From: Patescibacteria group bacterium
GTDB taxonomy: Bacteria; Patescibacteriota; Patescibacteriia; UBA2196
Assembly (NCBI GenBank): GCA_028748975.1
Contig: JAQTPI010000002.1
Coordinates: 1 to 49,212 of the forward strand
Direction of reading: 5' to 3'
DNA: 49,212 bases
Shown: piece by piece, positions 17,108 through 25,946 of the stretch
Numbering within the stretch: position 1 is the first letter of the stretch
Layout of the letters: each line of letters starts with the position of its first letter
Program-made: the position numbers and the translations under genes
Notes under the pieces: generated by a model
Databases searched by the model: none
What the model was told of the DNA's origin: nothing
Seen by the model: the letters and a program-made list of their open reading frames with translations, nothing else

Positions 17108-17884
17108 CTAGGCGCTAAGTAACTGTTTAAATTCTTCTTCATACATGTCGGCCAATTCGGAAGAGATTTCAGGCAGGGCGTTGGATTTTTCGGCAACCCA
17201 AACCATTTGTTGGTCGGTTTTAGAAAATATTTTTGGATAATCCTGGAGCAGAGCGCCAAAGCCCGCTCCTTTTTTTATTTGATTGGCCATGTCAAAAAGT
17301 GTTTGGCGATAGGCGCGATTTTTTACGGCTCTGGCAGTAATGTTTAGGGCGAACACTTGAGGAACACCCATTTTTAAGAGGCAAGAGAAAACGCGCCAAA
17401 AGCGGGCGGAATTTTCTTTTTGGGCGGCGCGTTTGTTGAAAAAACGAGTAAGCGCGGCGCGGCGTTTGGCCGAATTGAGCCGTTGTTCTTTTTGGAGAAG
17501 TAGAGCCAATTGCTGGAAAGAGTTTTTTAGATTATCATTTTCTTCACCAGCCGCGATAAGGCTGATAAAAATTTCGTCAAAAATTTTTGGATAGTTTTTA
17601 AGTGTGCCAGAAAGAGGTTTGCCGGCGTCTAGGTTTTTAAGGACGTCGGCTATAATTTTTTTAAGGGCGCGAGCGGGGGTTTGTTTTTCCAAAGCCGCGA
17701 GCGCTTTTTTCAAGGGCAGTTCGGCTTTGAGCATGGTGGCAAGGTGTTGAACCAGATAGATTTTTTGCGCCAAAGACACCTGCCCATAAATTTTGGCGGG
17801 AATTGGTTCGCGGCCGCCAACAGTTCTTTTTATGAGCGGCATAATTTCAACGGTCTGTTTTTTGATTTTATTATTGATTGACAT
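17108..17884 (-). CDS. pilC: PilC/GspF family protein, internally shortened
   Basis: Two GspF-like repeats (LATMLKAELPL...AAGEENDNL; LLKMGVP...VAEKSNAL) but no hydrophobic TM stretch. Confidence 0.75.
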   Translation of the reverse strand: MSINNKIKKQTVEIMPLIKRTVGGREPIPAKIYGQVSLAQKIYLVQHLATMLKAELPLKKALAALEKQTPARALKKIIADVLKNLDAGKPLSGTLKNYPKIFDEIFISLIAAGEENDNLKNSFQQLALLLQKEQRLNSAKRRAALTRFFNKRAAQKENSARFWRVFSCLLKMGVPQVFALNITARAVKNRAYRQTLFDMANQIKKGAGFGALLQDYPKIFSKTDQQMVWVAEKSNALPEISSELADMYEEEFKQLLSA

Positions 17885-17971
17885 GAAAAATTAGATATGC
17901 TAAATTATATTTGTTCATTTCACAACCAGGTAAAGGCCTCTGGGCCAAAAGGAGGAATGGTGAAAGAGATT
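17878..17971 (+). promoter_or_regulatory. 94-bp promoter/leader/RBS unit, copy 1
   Basis: TTGACA-17-TG-TAAATT, leader, AGGAGG, ATGGTGAAAGAGATT; near-identical to 18429-18522. Confidence 0.85.
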
Positions 17972-18379
17972 AACTCACGAAATTTTTGGACTTTTGTCTG
18001 GACCATCGCTATTTATAGCGTAGTGATGTATCTGATGAAAAATTATCTCTCGTCGTTTTTTGTGGCGAATATGGCGATAGCTGTAGTAATGACTATAATG
18101 ATTTTTATAGCCGTTTGTCGGAAGGATGGAGTGGGTCTGGCGGCAAGTTGTTCAGCCGTGTTTTCCGCCGCTTTGATGATAAACTACGTTACTTATCGAG
18201 TAGATCCGTTTGTTTTTGTATTTTCAGGGGCAGCATTGGTGTTTATGTTTTTGGCAGCTTTTGAAGCAGCAGAACAACAAAATGTTAAATATGGGAAAGT
18301 TTTTTTATCAATGATGGTTCAGGTGATTGCCAACATTGGCGCTTTTTGGGGTCTTGGATATCTTATTACAAAACCATAA
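17957..18379 (+). CDS. Small polytopic membrane protein (paralog 1)
   Basis: Start placed after AGGAGG (ATG 17957 or GTG 17960); about five hydrophobic segments. Confidence 0.72.
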   Translation: MVKEINSRNFWTFVWTIAIYSVVMYLMKNYLSSFFVANMAIAVVMTIMIFIAVCRKDGVGLAASCSAVFSAALMINYVTYRVDPFVFVFSGAALVFMFLAAFEAAEQQNVKYGKVFLSMMVQVIANIGAFWGLGYLITKP

Positions 18380-18387
18380 TCGGTATC

Positions 18388-18421
18388 TCTCCGTTTCGGT
18401 CAAACCGAACGGGGATTTTTA
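18388..18421 (+). terminator. Intrinsic terminator, copy 1
   Basis: CCGTTTCGGT-CAA-ACCGAACGG + T tract; repeated at 18932. Confidence 0.7.
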
Positions 18422-18428
18422 TTATCGC

Positions 18429-18522
18429 TTGACATGAAAAATCAGGTATGCTAAATTATATTTGTTCATTTCACAACCAGGTAAAGGCCTCTGGGCCAAA
18501 AGGAGGAATGGTGAAAGAGATT
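18429..18522 (+). promoter_or_regulatory. 94-bp promoter/leader/RBS unit, copy 2
   Basis: Direct repeat of 17878-17971. Confidence 0.85.
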
Positions 18523-18921
18523 GTAAGGTGGAATGTGTCGCTTTTTATTCTTGCCACCATCGTCTATGTCGTAGAGTTTTATTTTACAAAAGACATCAGA
18601 GCAGCAACGGTGATGCTCATGTTGCTTTCTTTTTTAGTGGCCTTGGTCTCAGCTCGGGGTAAGGATTGGGTGGGAGCTTCGGCAGCTTCAGCAGCATTTT
18701 TCTCCACCATTCCAATAAGGATAATCATCCCGCTGGTTTCTTTAGAAAATATTTCTTTGCTTTTGGTGGCCGTCTCATCTGTATTTTTGGCGGTCTTATT
18801 CATCTCTGAGATTAAGAAAAAAACAGATATTAAGAGCTGGAAGATTGTTTTACCGATGGTTTTGCAGATCGCTGCCAATCTCGGTGTTTTCTTGAATATC
18901 AAACATTTTATTGGCAAATAA
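18508..18921 (+). CDS. Small polytopic membrane protein (paralog 2)
   Basis: Same leader; weak similarity to paralog 1 (G.G.AAS.A..S; K.....M..Q..AN.G.F). Confidence 0.72.
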   Translation: MVKEIVRWNVSLFILATIVYVVEFYFTKDIRAATVMLMLLSFLVALVSARGKDWVGASAASAAFFSTIPIRIIIPLVSLENISLLLVAVSSVFLAVLFISEIKKKTDIKSWKIVLPMVLQIAANLGVFLNIKHFIGK

Positions 18922-18931
18922 GTTTTACGTT

Positions 18932-18969
18932 TCCCCGTTTCGGTCAAACCGAGATGGGGATTTTTTTTT
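18932..18969 (+). terminator. Intrinsic terminator, copy 2
   Basis: TCCCCGTTTCGGTCAAACCGAGATGGGGA + T tract. Confidence 0.7.
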
Positions 18970-19001
18970 ATTTATTTTTACTAGATTATTGAATTATTAG
19001 A

Positions 19002-20207
19002 TTATTCCTTCACCACCCTTATCACTTCTTCCAGCGTCGTAATTCCTTCTTTGGCTTTAAGCAAAGCGTCTTCGGCCAAAGTCAGCAGGCCTTTTTCTTT
19101 CGCTTTTTGGCGGATTTTTTCCGCGGGAATATTTTTCATAATCATTTCACCGATGGCGGTGTCAATTTCTAAAACTTCAAAAACACCAATTCGGCCAACA
19201 TAGCCGGTTTTCCCGCATTTCTGGCAACCCTTGCCTATGTAAAAACGTTGAGAAATCTTTTTCAACTCATCGTGTTTAAAATTTTTCTCCAGTTCCGCGA
19301 TCATTTTTTTGGAAGGTTTATGGGCAGCGCGGCAGTTTTCGCAAATTTTTCTGACTAAACGCTCCGCAATGATGACGTTGGTGGCGGAGGCAATCAGAAA
19401 TGGTTCAATTTTCATATTGATCAGATGTGACAGGGCAGTGGTGGTATTTTTGGCAGGAAGAGTAGAAAATAATTGGTGCCCGGTAATGGCGGCGTGGAGA
19501 GCGAGCTCGGCTGTTTTTTGGTCTTCAATTTCACCGACCATAATAATTTTTGGGTTTTGGCGGAGAAGAGCGCGGAGACCGGAAGCAAAAGTGTAGCCGA
19601 TTTTATGATTGATTTGCGATTGCTGGACGCGCGGCAGACAGTATTCAGACTGATCTTCAATGGTAGCGATTTTGGCGCCTGGTTTGTTTAAAAGGTTTAA
19701 AATAACATAGAGCGCGGTGGTTTTACCGCTGTGAGCGGGACCGGTAACTAAAATCAGGCCACTGGGTTTTTTAATGTTGCGTTTGATGGTTTCCAGGATC
19801 GACGGCTGGAAACCCAATTGTGCCAAAGTGAGCGTCGATGAGGACTCGTTTAAAAGGCGCAGAACAACTTTTTCGCCGTCAGAAACAGGAATGATGGAAA
19901 CATGGAAAGAAATTCGATGGTCATTGGTTTTCATTTGAAAATGGCCGTCCTGAGGCCGGCGATGTTCGCTTGGTTTTAAGTTGGCGAGAATTTTGATGCG
20001 GGCGACAAGGCCGGCCAGAGACTGGCGGGGCAGAGTCATGACTTCGCGTAAAACGCCGTCTACGCGGTAACGGACCGCCAGTTCGTCTTCCCGCGGTTCC
20101 AGATGGATGTTGGAGGCATTTTCAAAAATGGCGCATTCCAAAAGCGCGTTTAAAATTTTTGTAGCTGCCATTTTTTTAACTTTTTTTTCAAGTTTAGTTT
20201 GCGGCAT
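19002..20207 (-). CDS. pilB: GspE/PilB family secretion ATPase with degenerate motifs
   Basis: ASNIHLEP, RYRVDGVL, GPAHSGKTT Walker A, two CxxC pairs, GRIGVFE; start moved to ATG at 20207. Confidence 0.88.
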   Translation of the reverse strand: MPQTKLEKKVKKMAATKILNALLECAIFENASNIHLEPREDELAVRYRVDGVLREVMTLPRQSLAGLVARIKILANLKPSEHRRPQDGHFQMKTNDHRISFHVSIIPVSDGEKVVLRLLNESSSTLTLAQLGFQPSILETIKRNIKKPSGLILVTGPAHSGKTTALYVILNLLNKPGAKIATIEDQSEYCLPRVQQSQINHKIGYTFASGLRALLRQNPKIIMVGEIEDQKTAELALHAAITGHQLFSTLPAKNTTTALSHLINMKIEPFLIASATNVIIAERLVRKICENCRAAHKPSKKMIAELEKNFKHDELKKISQRFYIGKGCQKCGKTGYVGRIGVFEVLEIDTAIGEMIMKNIPAEKIRQKAKEKGLLTLAEDALLKAKEGITTLEEVIRVVKE

Positions 20208-20372
20208 AATCTTCAAAATTAACCACGAGTTTTATCCGGTAAAAATTTTGATTTATTTCTGATATAATTATACCATACTTTATTGTTTGACGAGAAGATT
20301 AATGTGCCGGGTGTTCTTTTTATTACCCCATTTATTACCATTTTTTTATCAAGGGTGATATAATAGAAATAT

Positions 20373-20717
20373 ATGCTACCGATATTTTTTCGCAATAAAG
20401 TCATCAAATGGAACTTGCTCGGCGGGGTGGTAATCAACCTGGCGGTTTGGATTTTTTTGTACTGGCAGGTGCAGCCGCAGGTTGACCCGATTTTTTTGCG
20501 CTATAACATCTATTTTGGCCCCAGTTTGATTGGCCCGTGGTGGCAAATTTTCTTTTTGCCGCTTTTTGGTTTGGGCGTGCTTTTGGCGAATTATATTTTG
20601 GCAGGGCTAGCATTTAAAAAAGAAAGGTTTGTTTCCTACTTTTTCGCCTATGGCGCCAGTTTAGTGCAGATACTTTTGGCAATCTTGGCGGTTTATTTGG
20701 TGGGGATAAATGGGTAA
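20373..20717 (+). CDS. Hypothetical membrane protein
   Basis: 114 aa, three hydrophobic segments, IFLRYNIYFG motif. Confidence 0.75.
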   Translation: MLPIFFRNKVIKWNLLGGVVINLAVWIFLYWQVQPQVDPIFLRYNIYFGPSLIGPWWQIFFLPLFGLGVLLANYILAGLAFKKERFVSYFFAYGASLVQILLAILAVYLVGING

Positions 20718-20842
20718 CCCCGTAGTTTATCCCGAGCGGCCTTTAGAGAAATTAGGAGCCGAGGGATCTCGTTTTTGATTTAAGATTTACGATTTATGAT
20801 TTAAGGATTATTTATTAACGAATTACGAATTAACGAATTTTT

Positions 20843-20871
20843 TGTCATCCCGGGCTTGACCCGGGATCCAG
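20843..20871. repeat. dRS3-like half element
   Basis: TGTCATCCCGGGCTTGACCCGGGATCCAG, matches the reverse complement of the right arm of the inner element at 7569-7638. Confidence 0.8.
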
Positions 20872-20922
20872 AAAATAAAAAACCCCGACATGGTGATCGG
20901 GGGATATGCCAACAGACAAGCT

Positions 20923-21174
20923 CTAATTTTTGAAAAGATATTTTCTCAAGTTTTCTTTTTTGATTTTGAAATAATCAGAACCCATTCGATCATCTTTAAT
21001 AATTGAGTCGTCAAAAAAAATAAGCGGGGATACGGTTATTTCCGTTCGATGTCCCCAATAATCTTTGTCAAATTCTTGGCGCACGAGCACAAATTCATCT
21101 GGTTTGGCAAGAGCCAATTGTGCGCCAGCAACAAATAATTTTACATAACCGTAGGGTATATTTGCCGGTTCCAC
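20923..21174 (-). CDS. Hypothetical protein, 83 aa
   Basis: AAGGAGG SD before GTG; own promoter at 21210-21252. Confidence 0.68.
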   Translation of the reverse strand: MEPANIPYGYVKLFVAGAQLALAKPDEFVLVRQEFDKDYWGHRTEITVSPLIFFDDSIIKDDRMGSDYFKIKKENLRKYLFKN

Positions 21175-21297
21175 CTGTAGCCTCCTTTTTGGTTAAATTG
21201 TTTTTTTTCTTGTAATTTAAGCGTAGCATGAGGCGAAAAGAGAGTCAAGTGGTAATTTTGTTTTTATGCTTTAATGCTAACATGCTAAAATGTTTTT

Positions 21298-21996
21298 ATG
21301 CTTCAACCAAATCCAGGCAAGAATTTAGAAATAGAAGTTAGGGGCAAGGTTTTTTGGCGTTATCCGATTAAGACAAAAATTATTACCAAAGATGATAAAT
21401 TGGAAGATGTAATTAAAGAATATGTGATGCCGCATTATGAAAAAGGGGATATTGTAGCGATGTCAGAAAGAATGGTGGCAGTGACGCAGGGAAGATTAAT
21501 CCATGAAAGTGAAATCAAGGCAAGCGGACTCGCAAAGTTTTTGGTGAAGTTTGTAAAAAAATGGCCCAATGACCCGGGTTTTCGGAATGCCAAAAAAATG
21601 CAGGTGGCGATTAATATGATTGGGGTGCCGCGCATGCTTTTGGCGGCATTTGTTTCGGCCATAACCAAGCCATTTGGCATTCGCGGTTTATTTTATAGAA
21701 TTTGCGGACATGGAGTTTCGGAAATTGATGGCTTTGCGCCGGGCACAATTCCACCGTATGACCAATACGCGGTTTTGGGGCCGGAAAATCCGCGCGGAGT
21801 TTGTAATAATTTGGCAAAAAAATTCGGCGTGGAAGCGGTGATTGTGGATGCCAATAATATTGACGTGGCAATACTCGGCACGAGCGATAATTTATCAATC
21901 ATGCCAGCTGAATTTCGTTTGGCTTTTTTGGATAATCCGATTGGGCAGGGCTTGGAGCAAACGCCGATTTGTATAGTCAGAAGGAAAATTGTATAA
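21298..21996 (+). CDS. F420-0:gamma-glutamyl ligase (CofE)-like domain protein
   Basis: YPIKTKII, AMSERMVAVTQGR, IVDANNI, IGQGLEQTP motifs. Confidence 0.75.
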   Translation: MLQPNPGKNLEIEVRGKVFWRYPIKTKIITKDDKLEDVIKEYVMPHYEKGDIVAMSERMVAVTQGRLIHESEIKASGLAKFLVKFVKKWPNDPGFRNAKKMQVAINMIGVPRMLLAAFVSAITKPFGIRGLFYRICGHGVSEIDGFAPGTIPPYDQYAVLGPENPRGVCNNLAKKFGVEAVIVDANNIDVAILGTSDNLSIMPAEFRLAFLDNPIGQGLEQTPICIVRRKIV

Positions 21997-22053
21997 TAAA
22001 GAGGAAATAAAAAAGCTCCAACCAGATAAAATTAGTTGGAGCGATGTCGGTTG

Positions 22054-22203
22054 TTATCTTGTGATTTTCGAAATACAAAGAAAGCCACTGGCCATTACGA
22101 TCAATATACCAACTTCCGGAAAATGTTGAAAGGCCAGTAAGATGCCTGCAGACATAAGAAATAGGTGGCCAACAAAATTATAGGCACGAGCTTTTCCCGA
22201 CAT
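22054..22203 (-). CDS. Small two-TM protein, 49 aa
   Basis: AAGGAGG SD, ATG at 22203. Confidence 0.6.
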   Translation of the reverse strand: MSGKARAYNFVGHLFLMSAGILLAFQHFPEVGILIVMASGFLCISKITR

Positions 22204-22216
22204 GTTTGCCTCCTTT

Positions 22217-22423
22217 TTATTTTTTGTTTCCAGACGGACCAAATATGCTTCGGCCGAATACGTCCTTGTGTTTAGACAGACCAAATATAGATCCGGCTAA
22301 AATGAAAAATAAGCCGGCCAGGCCAGTATTTTTTTGTATTAACATAAAACCACCGAGTACAAGAAATAAAGACGTGAGAGCGTTGGCAATATTAGAAAGG
22401 TTTTTGTCTGCATTTTGTGCCAC
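22217..22423 (-). CDS. Small two-TM protein, 68 aa
   Basis: AAGGAGG SD, GTG start, own promoter at 22462-22504. Confidence 0.62.
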   Translation of the reverse strand: MAQNADKNLSNIANALTSLFLVLGGFMLIQKNTGLAGLFFILAGSIFGLSKHKDVFGRSIFGPSGNKK

Positions 22424-22511
22424 GGTGCCTCCTTTTTAGATTAAATTGTTAGTTTCTTTATTTGTAATTTAAGCGTAGCATGAGGTGAAAAAGGAGTCAA
22501 GTGGAATTTAT

Positions 22512-22737
22512 GCTACTTTCTTTAGACAAAGAAAGTAGCTGAAAGAAACTGGCTCGCGAGCTGCGCGTTAGAGAAAATCAGGCTCGCCGTCGCTAATTTC
22601 CGAACTCGGTCCGATTCTGTCGTCTGCTGACTCCAGAATTGAGACCTCAAACAGGCGGAAATTTTCTTAACTGCGGTCAAGAACCGCTCCTGCTCGCCTT
22701 GATTTTCTAACTAACGCTCCGCTAAGCTCGCGCTGAC
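22512..22737. ncRNA. ~225-nt structured repeat, copy 1 (ncRNA or MITE-like element)
   Basis: Aligns with 36740-36965; nested stems with compensatory changes; transcription not shown. Confidence 0.55.
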
Positions 22738-22800
22738 CAAATCACAATAATCACAAGATGATTATTAGAAATTGAAAATTGAAAATTACAAATTAACTTT

Positions 22801-24807
22801 ATGGACAACTCCACCCTCAAAAAACTCATGGAAGAAGGGGAAGAGCTTTTGGACGAAGTGCAGGAAGATAAAGAATTGAAACAAATCCGACAGCATCCGT
22901 TTAAAAAGATGTGGGTTTTGCCGTTGATTATTTTTATCGTGGTCGTGGCACTCTTAGGCTTTGGCTATGTAAAATATTGGCTGCCGTTTAATTCCATCAT
23001 GAGCCAGTCAAACAAAGCGCAAGCGTCATTTCAATTGGCGCAGAAATATTTATTGCAGGGAGAATTTAAAGGCGCTTCTGACCAGTTGGAGCAAGCTGGC
23101 GTGGCTCTTAAGGCGGTAGAAAAGGGGATTGACGCTCTTGGTATGATGGCGCGGTTTGGACCTTTGGAAAAACAAAGGCAGGCCTTGAAAGCTATTGCGG
23201 TTTCCGGGCAAAATTTAAGTTCGGGACTGCGCCTAGTGACCAATTTGACCAATCAAATTATGCTGCCACTCGTGGGGCCGCAGAGCAAGAAATTCAGCGA
23301 CCTAACCGCGGCGGAAAAAAGAAATATTTTGAAAAAAGTTTATGAAGCGGCGCCAGATATTCAGGGCGCCAAAGCAGAGGTGGAATTGGCTAAATTACAG
23401 ATGGACCAAATTGACACCGAGGGGTTGCATCCGACGCTTTTGAGTTATGTCAAAGATTTGCGCACTAAACTTAATGAGGTAGATTTAATGTTAAGCCAGG
23501 CAGCGGTGATGGCGCGGACCGTGCCGACATTACTTGGTTATCCAGGCGAAAAGATATATTTGTTTTTATTGCAAAATAATGATGAACTGCGGCCGACGGG
23601 CGGATTCATCGGCACGGTGGGCATTGCCAAAATCAAAGACGCGGAAGTGGTTTCTTTTGAAACCAGAAATGTTTATGAAATGGACGTGAACGCGGAGAAA
23701 ATTGAAAAAATTACGCCGCCAAACCCGATTGCCAAATATTTGAAAGTTAAGGGCTGGTATTTGCGCGACGCCAATTGGTCGCCGGATTTTCCAACAGCCG
23801 TCAATCAGATTGAAAAACTTTTTCAGCGCGAAGCGCGATTGTCCGGCAGTCCTTTTTCGCCGCAGAATTTGGATGGCGTGATCGCCATTACGCCTAATAT
23901 GCTGGAAGATTTTCTAAAAGTTTCCGGCGCCATTGAAATTCGTGGTTTTGTTTTCAGCAGTGAAAATTTTACCGAACGTTTGGAATACTTGGTGGAAGTT
24001 GGTTATGATAAAATTGGCGAATCATACAGCACGCGCAAAAACATTATTGGGCTTTTGGGCTTGGAAATGATCAAGCGCTTCCAAAATTTGAAGATGGATC
24101 AATGGGTGGAACTCTTTGGAATTTTACAAAAAAATTTAAGCGAAAAACAAATGCTTTTGTCTTTTCACGACCCTCTTTTACAAGAAGAAATTAATCGGCA
24201 GAATTGGGGCGGGGAAGTGAGAAACACACCAATGGATTATTTTATGTTTATTGATGCCAATTTGGCGGCTTTAAAAACCGACCAATATGTGAAACGCGCT
24301 GTCAGTTATCAAATTGGCTTTAATAATAAAGGTGATTTAATTGCGCGGGCGTCCATGAATTATAATAACTTCGGAACTTTCACTTGGAAATCAACCCGTT
24401 ACCGGACTTATACCAGATTGTATGTGCCTGAGGGCTCAAAATTAATTAAAACCGAAGGATCAATGGCGGCGGACAAGTCCGTTACCGCGGGCAAAACCGA
24501 TGTTTATAATGAATTGGGAAAAACGGTTTTTGGCGCTTTCATTTCCATTGAACCGGGCGCAAGCGGTACTCTGACTTTTGAATATCAATTGCCGGAGCGC
24601 CTGAAAGAATTAATTTTGGACGGACATTACAGCTTACTGGCGCAAAAGCAGGCCGGCACTACTGGCCATGGTTTGGTTTTGAATTTGGTTTTCCCAAATA
24701 AAATTAAAGACGCCGTGCCGGCGGAAGCCAAAACAGAGTGGGGAAACAATTCCTATAAATTAACGACGGATTTGAGTATTGATCGAGAAATAAAAATAAA
24801 TTTTTAA
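22801..24807 (+). CDS. DUF4012-type membrane-anchored protein
   Basis: LLQNNDELRPTGGFIG, RDANWSPDFP, DANLAALKTD motifs. Confidence 0.85.
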   Translation: MDNSTLKKLMEEGEELLDEVQEDKELKQIRQHPFKKMWVLPLIIFIVVVALLGFGYVKYWLPFNSIMSQSNKAQASFQLAQKYLLQGEFKGASDQLEQAGVALKAVEKGIDALGMMARFGPLEKQRQALKAIAVSGQNLSSGLRLVTNLTNQIMLPLVGPQSKKFSDLTAAEKRNILKKVYEAAPDIQGAKAEVELAKLQMDQIDTEGLHPTLLSYVKDLRTKLNEVDLMLSQAAVMARTVPTLLGYPGEKIYLFLLQNNDELRPTGGFIGTVGIAKIKDAEVVSFETRNVYEMDVNAEKIEKITPPNPIAKYLKVKGWYLRDANWSPDFPTAVNQIEKLFQREARLSGSPFSPQNLDGVIAITPNMLEDFLKVSGAIEIRGFVFSSENFTERLEYLVEVGYDKIGESYSTRKNIIGLLGLEMIKRFQNLKMDQWVELFGILQKNLSEKQMLLSFHDPLLQEEINRQNWGGEVRNTPMDYFMFIDANLAALKTDQYVKRAVSYQIGFNNKGDLIARASMNYNNFGTFTWKSTRYRTYTRLYVPEGSKLIKTEGSMAADKSVTAGKTDVYNELGKTVFGAFISIEPGASGTLTFEYQLPERLKELILDGHYSLLAQKQAGTTGHGLVLNLVFPNKIKDAVPAEAKTEWGNNSYKLTTDLSIDREIKINF

Positions 24808-24880
24808 GAAGTGAGGAAAATATAGAAAATAAAAATACCCAGCTGATGATAAAGCTGGGTATTTGGTTATGAAAATGTTT

Positions 24881-25054
24881 TTATTCTTTTTTTGTCAATT
24901 CAACACTTAGATCGGATTTGGAAAAATGAAGTTTCCAAAGAGTATACATACAAAGAAAAAGTAGAACTAAACCGAACCAAGATTCGGCGGCCGAAAGAAT
25001 GATGCCGACAGGCAAAGCCAAGCAGGCGAGAACGAGCAGGAGTCTTTTAATCAT
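24881..25054 (-). CDS. Small two-TM protein, 57 aa
   Basis: ATG at 25054 overlaps the upstream stop. Confidence 0.55.
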   Translation of the reverse strand: MIKRLLLVLACLALPVGIILSAAESWFGLVLLFLCMYTLWKLHFSKSDLSVELTKKE

Positions 25055-25328
25055 TTTTGTATCTTTTGATTGGGTTTGGTAAAAAAATATCAGAACCACC
25101 CAAGACACAGGTTATAAATAATAAGACAAGAGTTAGTGCCAGATAGCCCATTCTTTCCCCTGGTTTAAAGGCGATAAAGACAAGGGAAGCAATCGTTAAA
25201 ATACCGGAAAACGCAGTGATGATGATACCTAATTTGGTTCTTTTTCTTAGCCATTCAACTCTTCTTACCTCTTTTATTTTTTTCTCGGGCAGGTTTATTT
25301 CCCGCATTCTTTCTTCAATGTTTTTCAT
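25047..25328 (-). CDS. Small membrane protein, 93 aa
   Basis: AAGGAGG SD, two TM segments. Confidence 0.68.
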   Translation of the reverse strand: MKNIEERMREINLPEKKIKEVRRVEWLRKRTKLGIIITAFSGILTIASLVFIAFKPGERMGYLALTLVLLFITCVLGGSDIFLPNPIKRYKND

Positions 25329-25339
25329 TTTTTCCTCCT

Positions 25340-25504
25340 TTAAAAAGTAATTTGTTTGGCTGTGGCAAAAAAATTTTCAAGCGCTTTTCCGCAGATAAGG
25401 CCCGCGATAATCCCCAATGGCCAGAAGGTGGCTAAAAGGATAAGGGTGGCTGGTAATGACAATAAAATAATCAGAGCGCAGATGAGTTGCTTGGTTGTAA
25501 ACAT
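25340..25504 (-). CDS. Small hydrophobic protein, 54 aa (not in ORF track)
   Basis: AGGAG SD; MFTTKQLICALIILL...; stop abuts the SD of the next gene. Confidence 0.55.
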   Translation of the reverse strand: MFTTKQLICALIILLSLPATLILLATFWPLGIIAGLICGKALENFFATAKQITF

Positions 25505-25642
25505 GTTTTTCTCCTATTTTTAATTTTTAAGGTGCAATTATTGATAAATTAATCTTAAATCTAAAAAGTTTTTTAGTCAAATTTTCAGTTAAATAAAAAA
25601 CCAACCAGCTTACTTGGAAGCGGTTGGTTGGAGTGTGCGTTT

Positions 25643-25819
25643 TCATTGATTGTGCCAGGAAGGCGGATCAAAAGCGTCCACCCAACAAAGATATTTGTCG
25701 CCAAATTTACGTATGGCTTGGAAGATTTTTTCTTCCCAACGAGTTCTTTTTTGTCCTCGCAGGTCGAGCGCGGGATAAGCGGCCATTAGGATGAAAATCG
25801 TTATTATCAGGATGTTCAC
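25643..25819 (-). CDS. Small protein, ~58 aa (not in ORF track)
   Basis: AGGAGG upstream, GTG/TTG start, N-terminal hydrophobic helix; upstream TTGACA-17-TAAATT (25899-25871). Confidence 0.45.
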   Translation of the reverse strand: MNILIITIFILMAAYPALDLRGQKRTRWEEKIFQAIRKFGDKYLCWVDAFDPPSWHNQ

Positions 25820-25946
25820 CAAGGTTCTCGTGTTTTCCTCCTTTTGATATGATGTTTTTTGATCAAATTAAATTTATACCCAAACTAAAAAAATGTCAAA
25901 TTTAAGTGGATAAGTGAAGTGTGGTATAATATAGATAATAAATATT

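Noticed and set aside
17897-17956. Identical 20-aa N-terminus MLNYICSFHNQVKASGPKGG on two ORFs as a shared peptide domain
   Set aside because: It spans the -10 box and SD of the duplicated promoter/leader; the conservation is regulatory DNA, not coding sequence.
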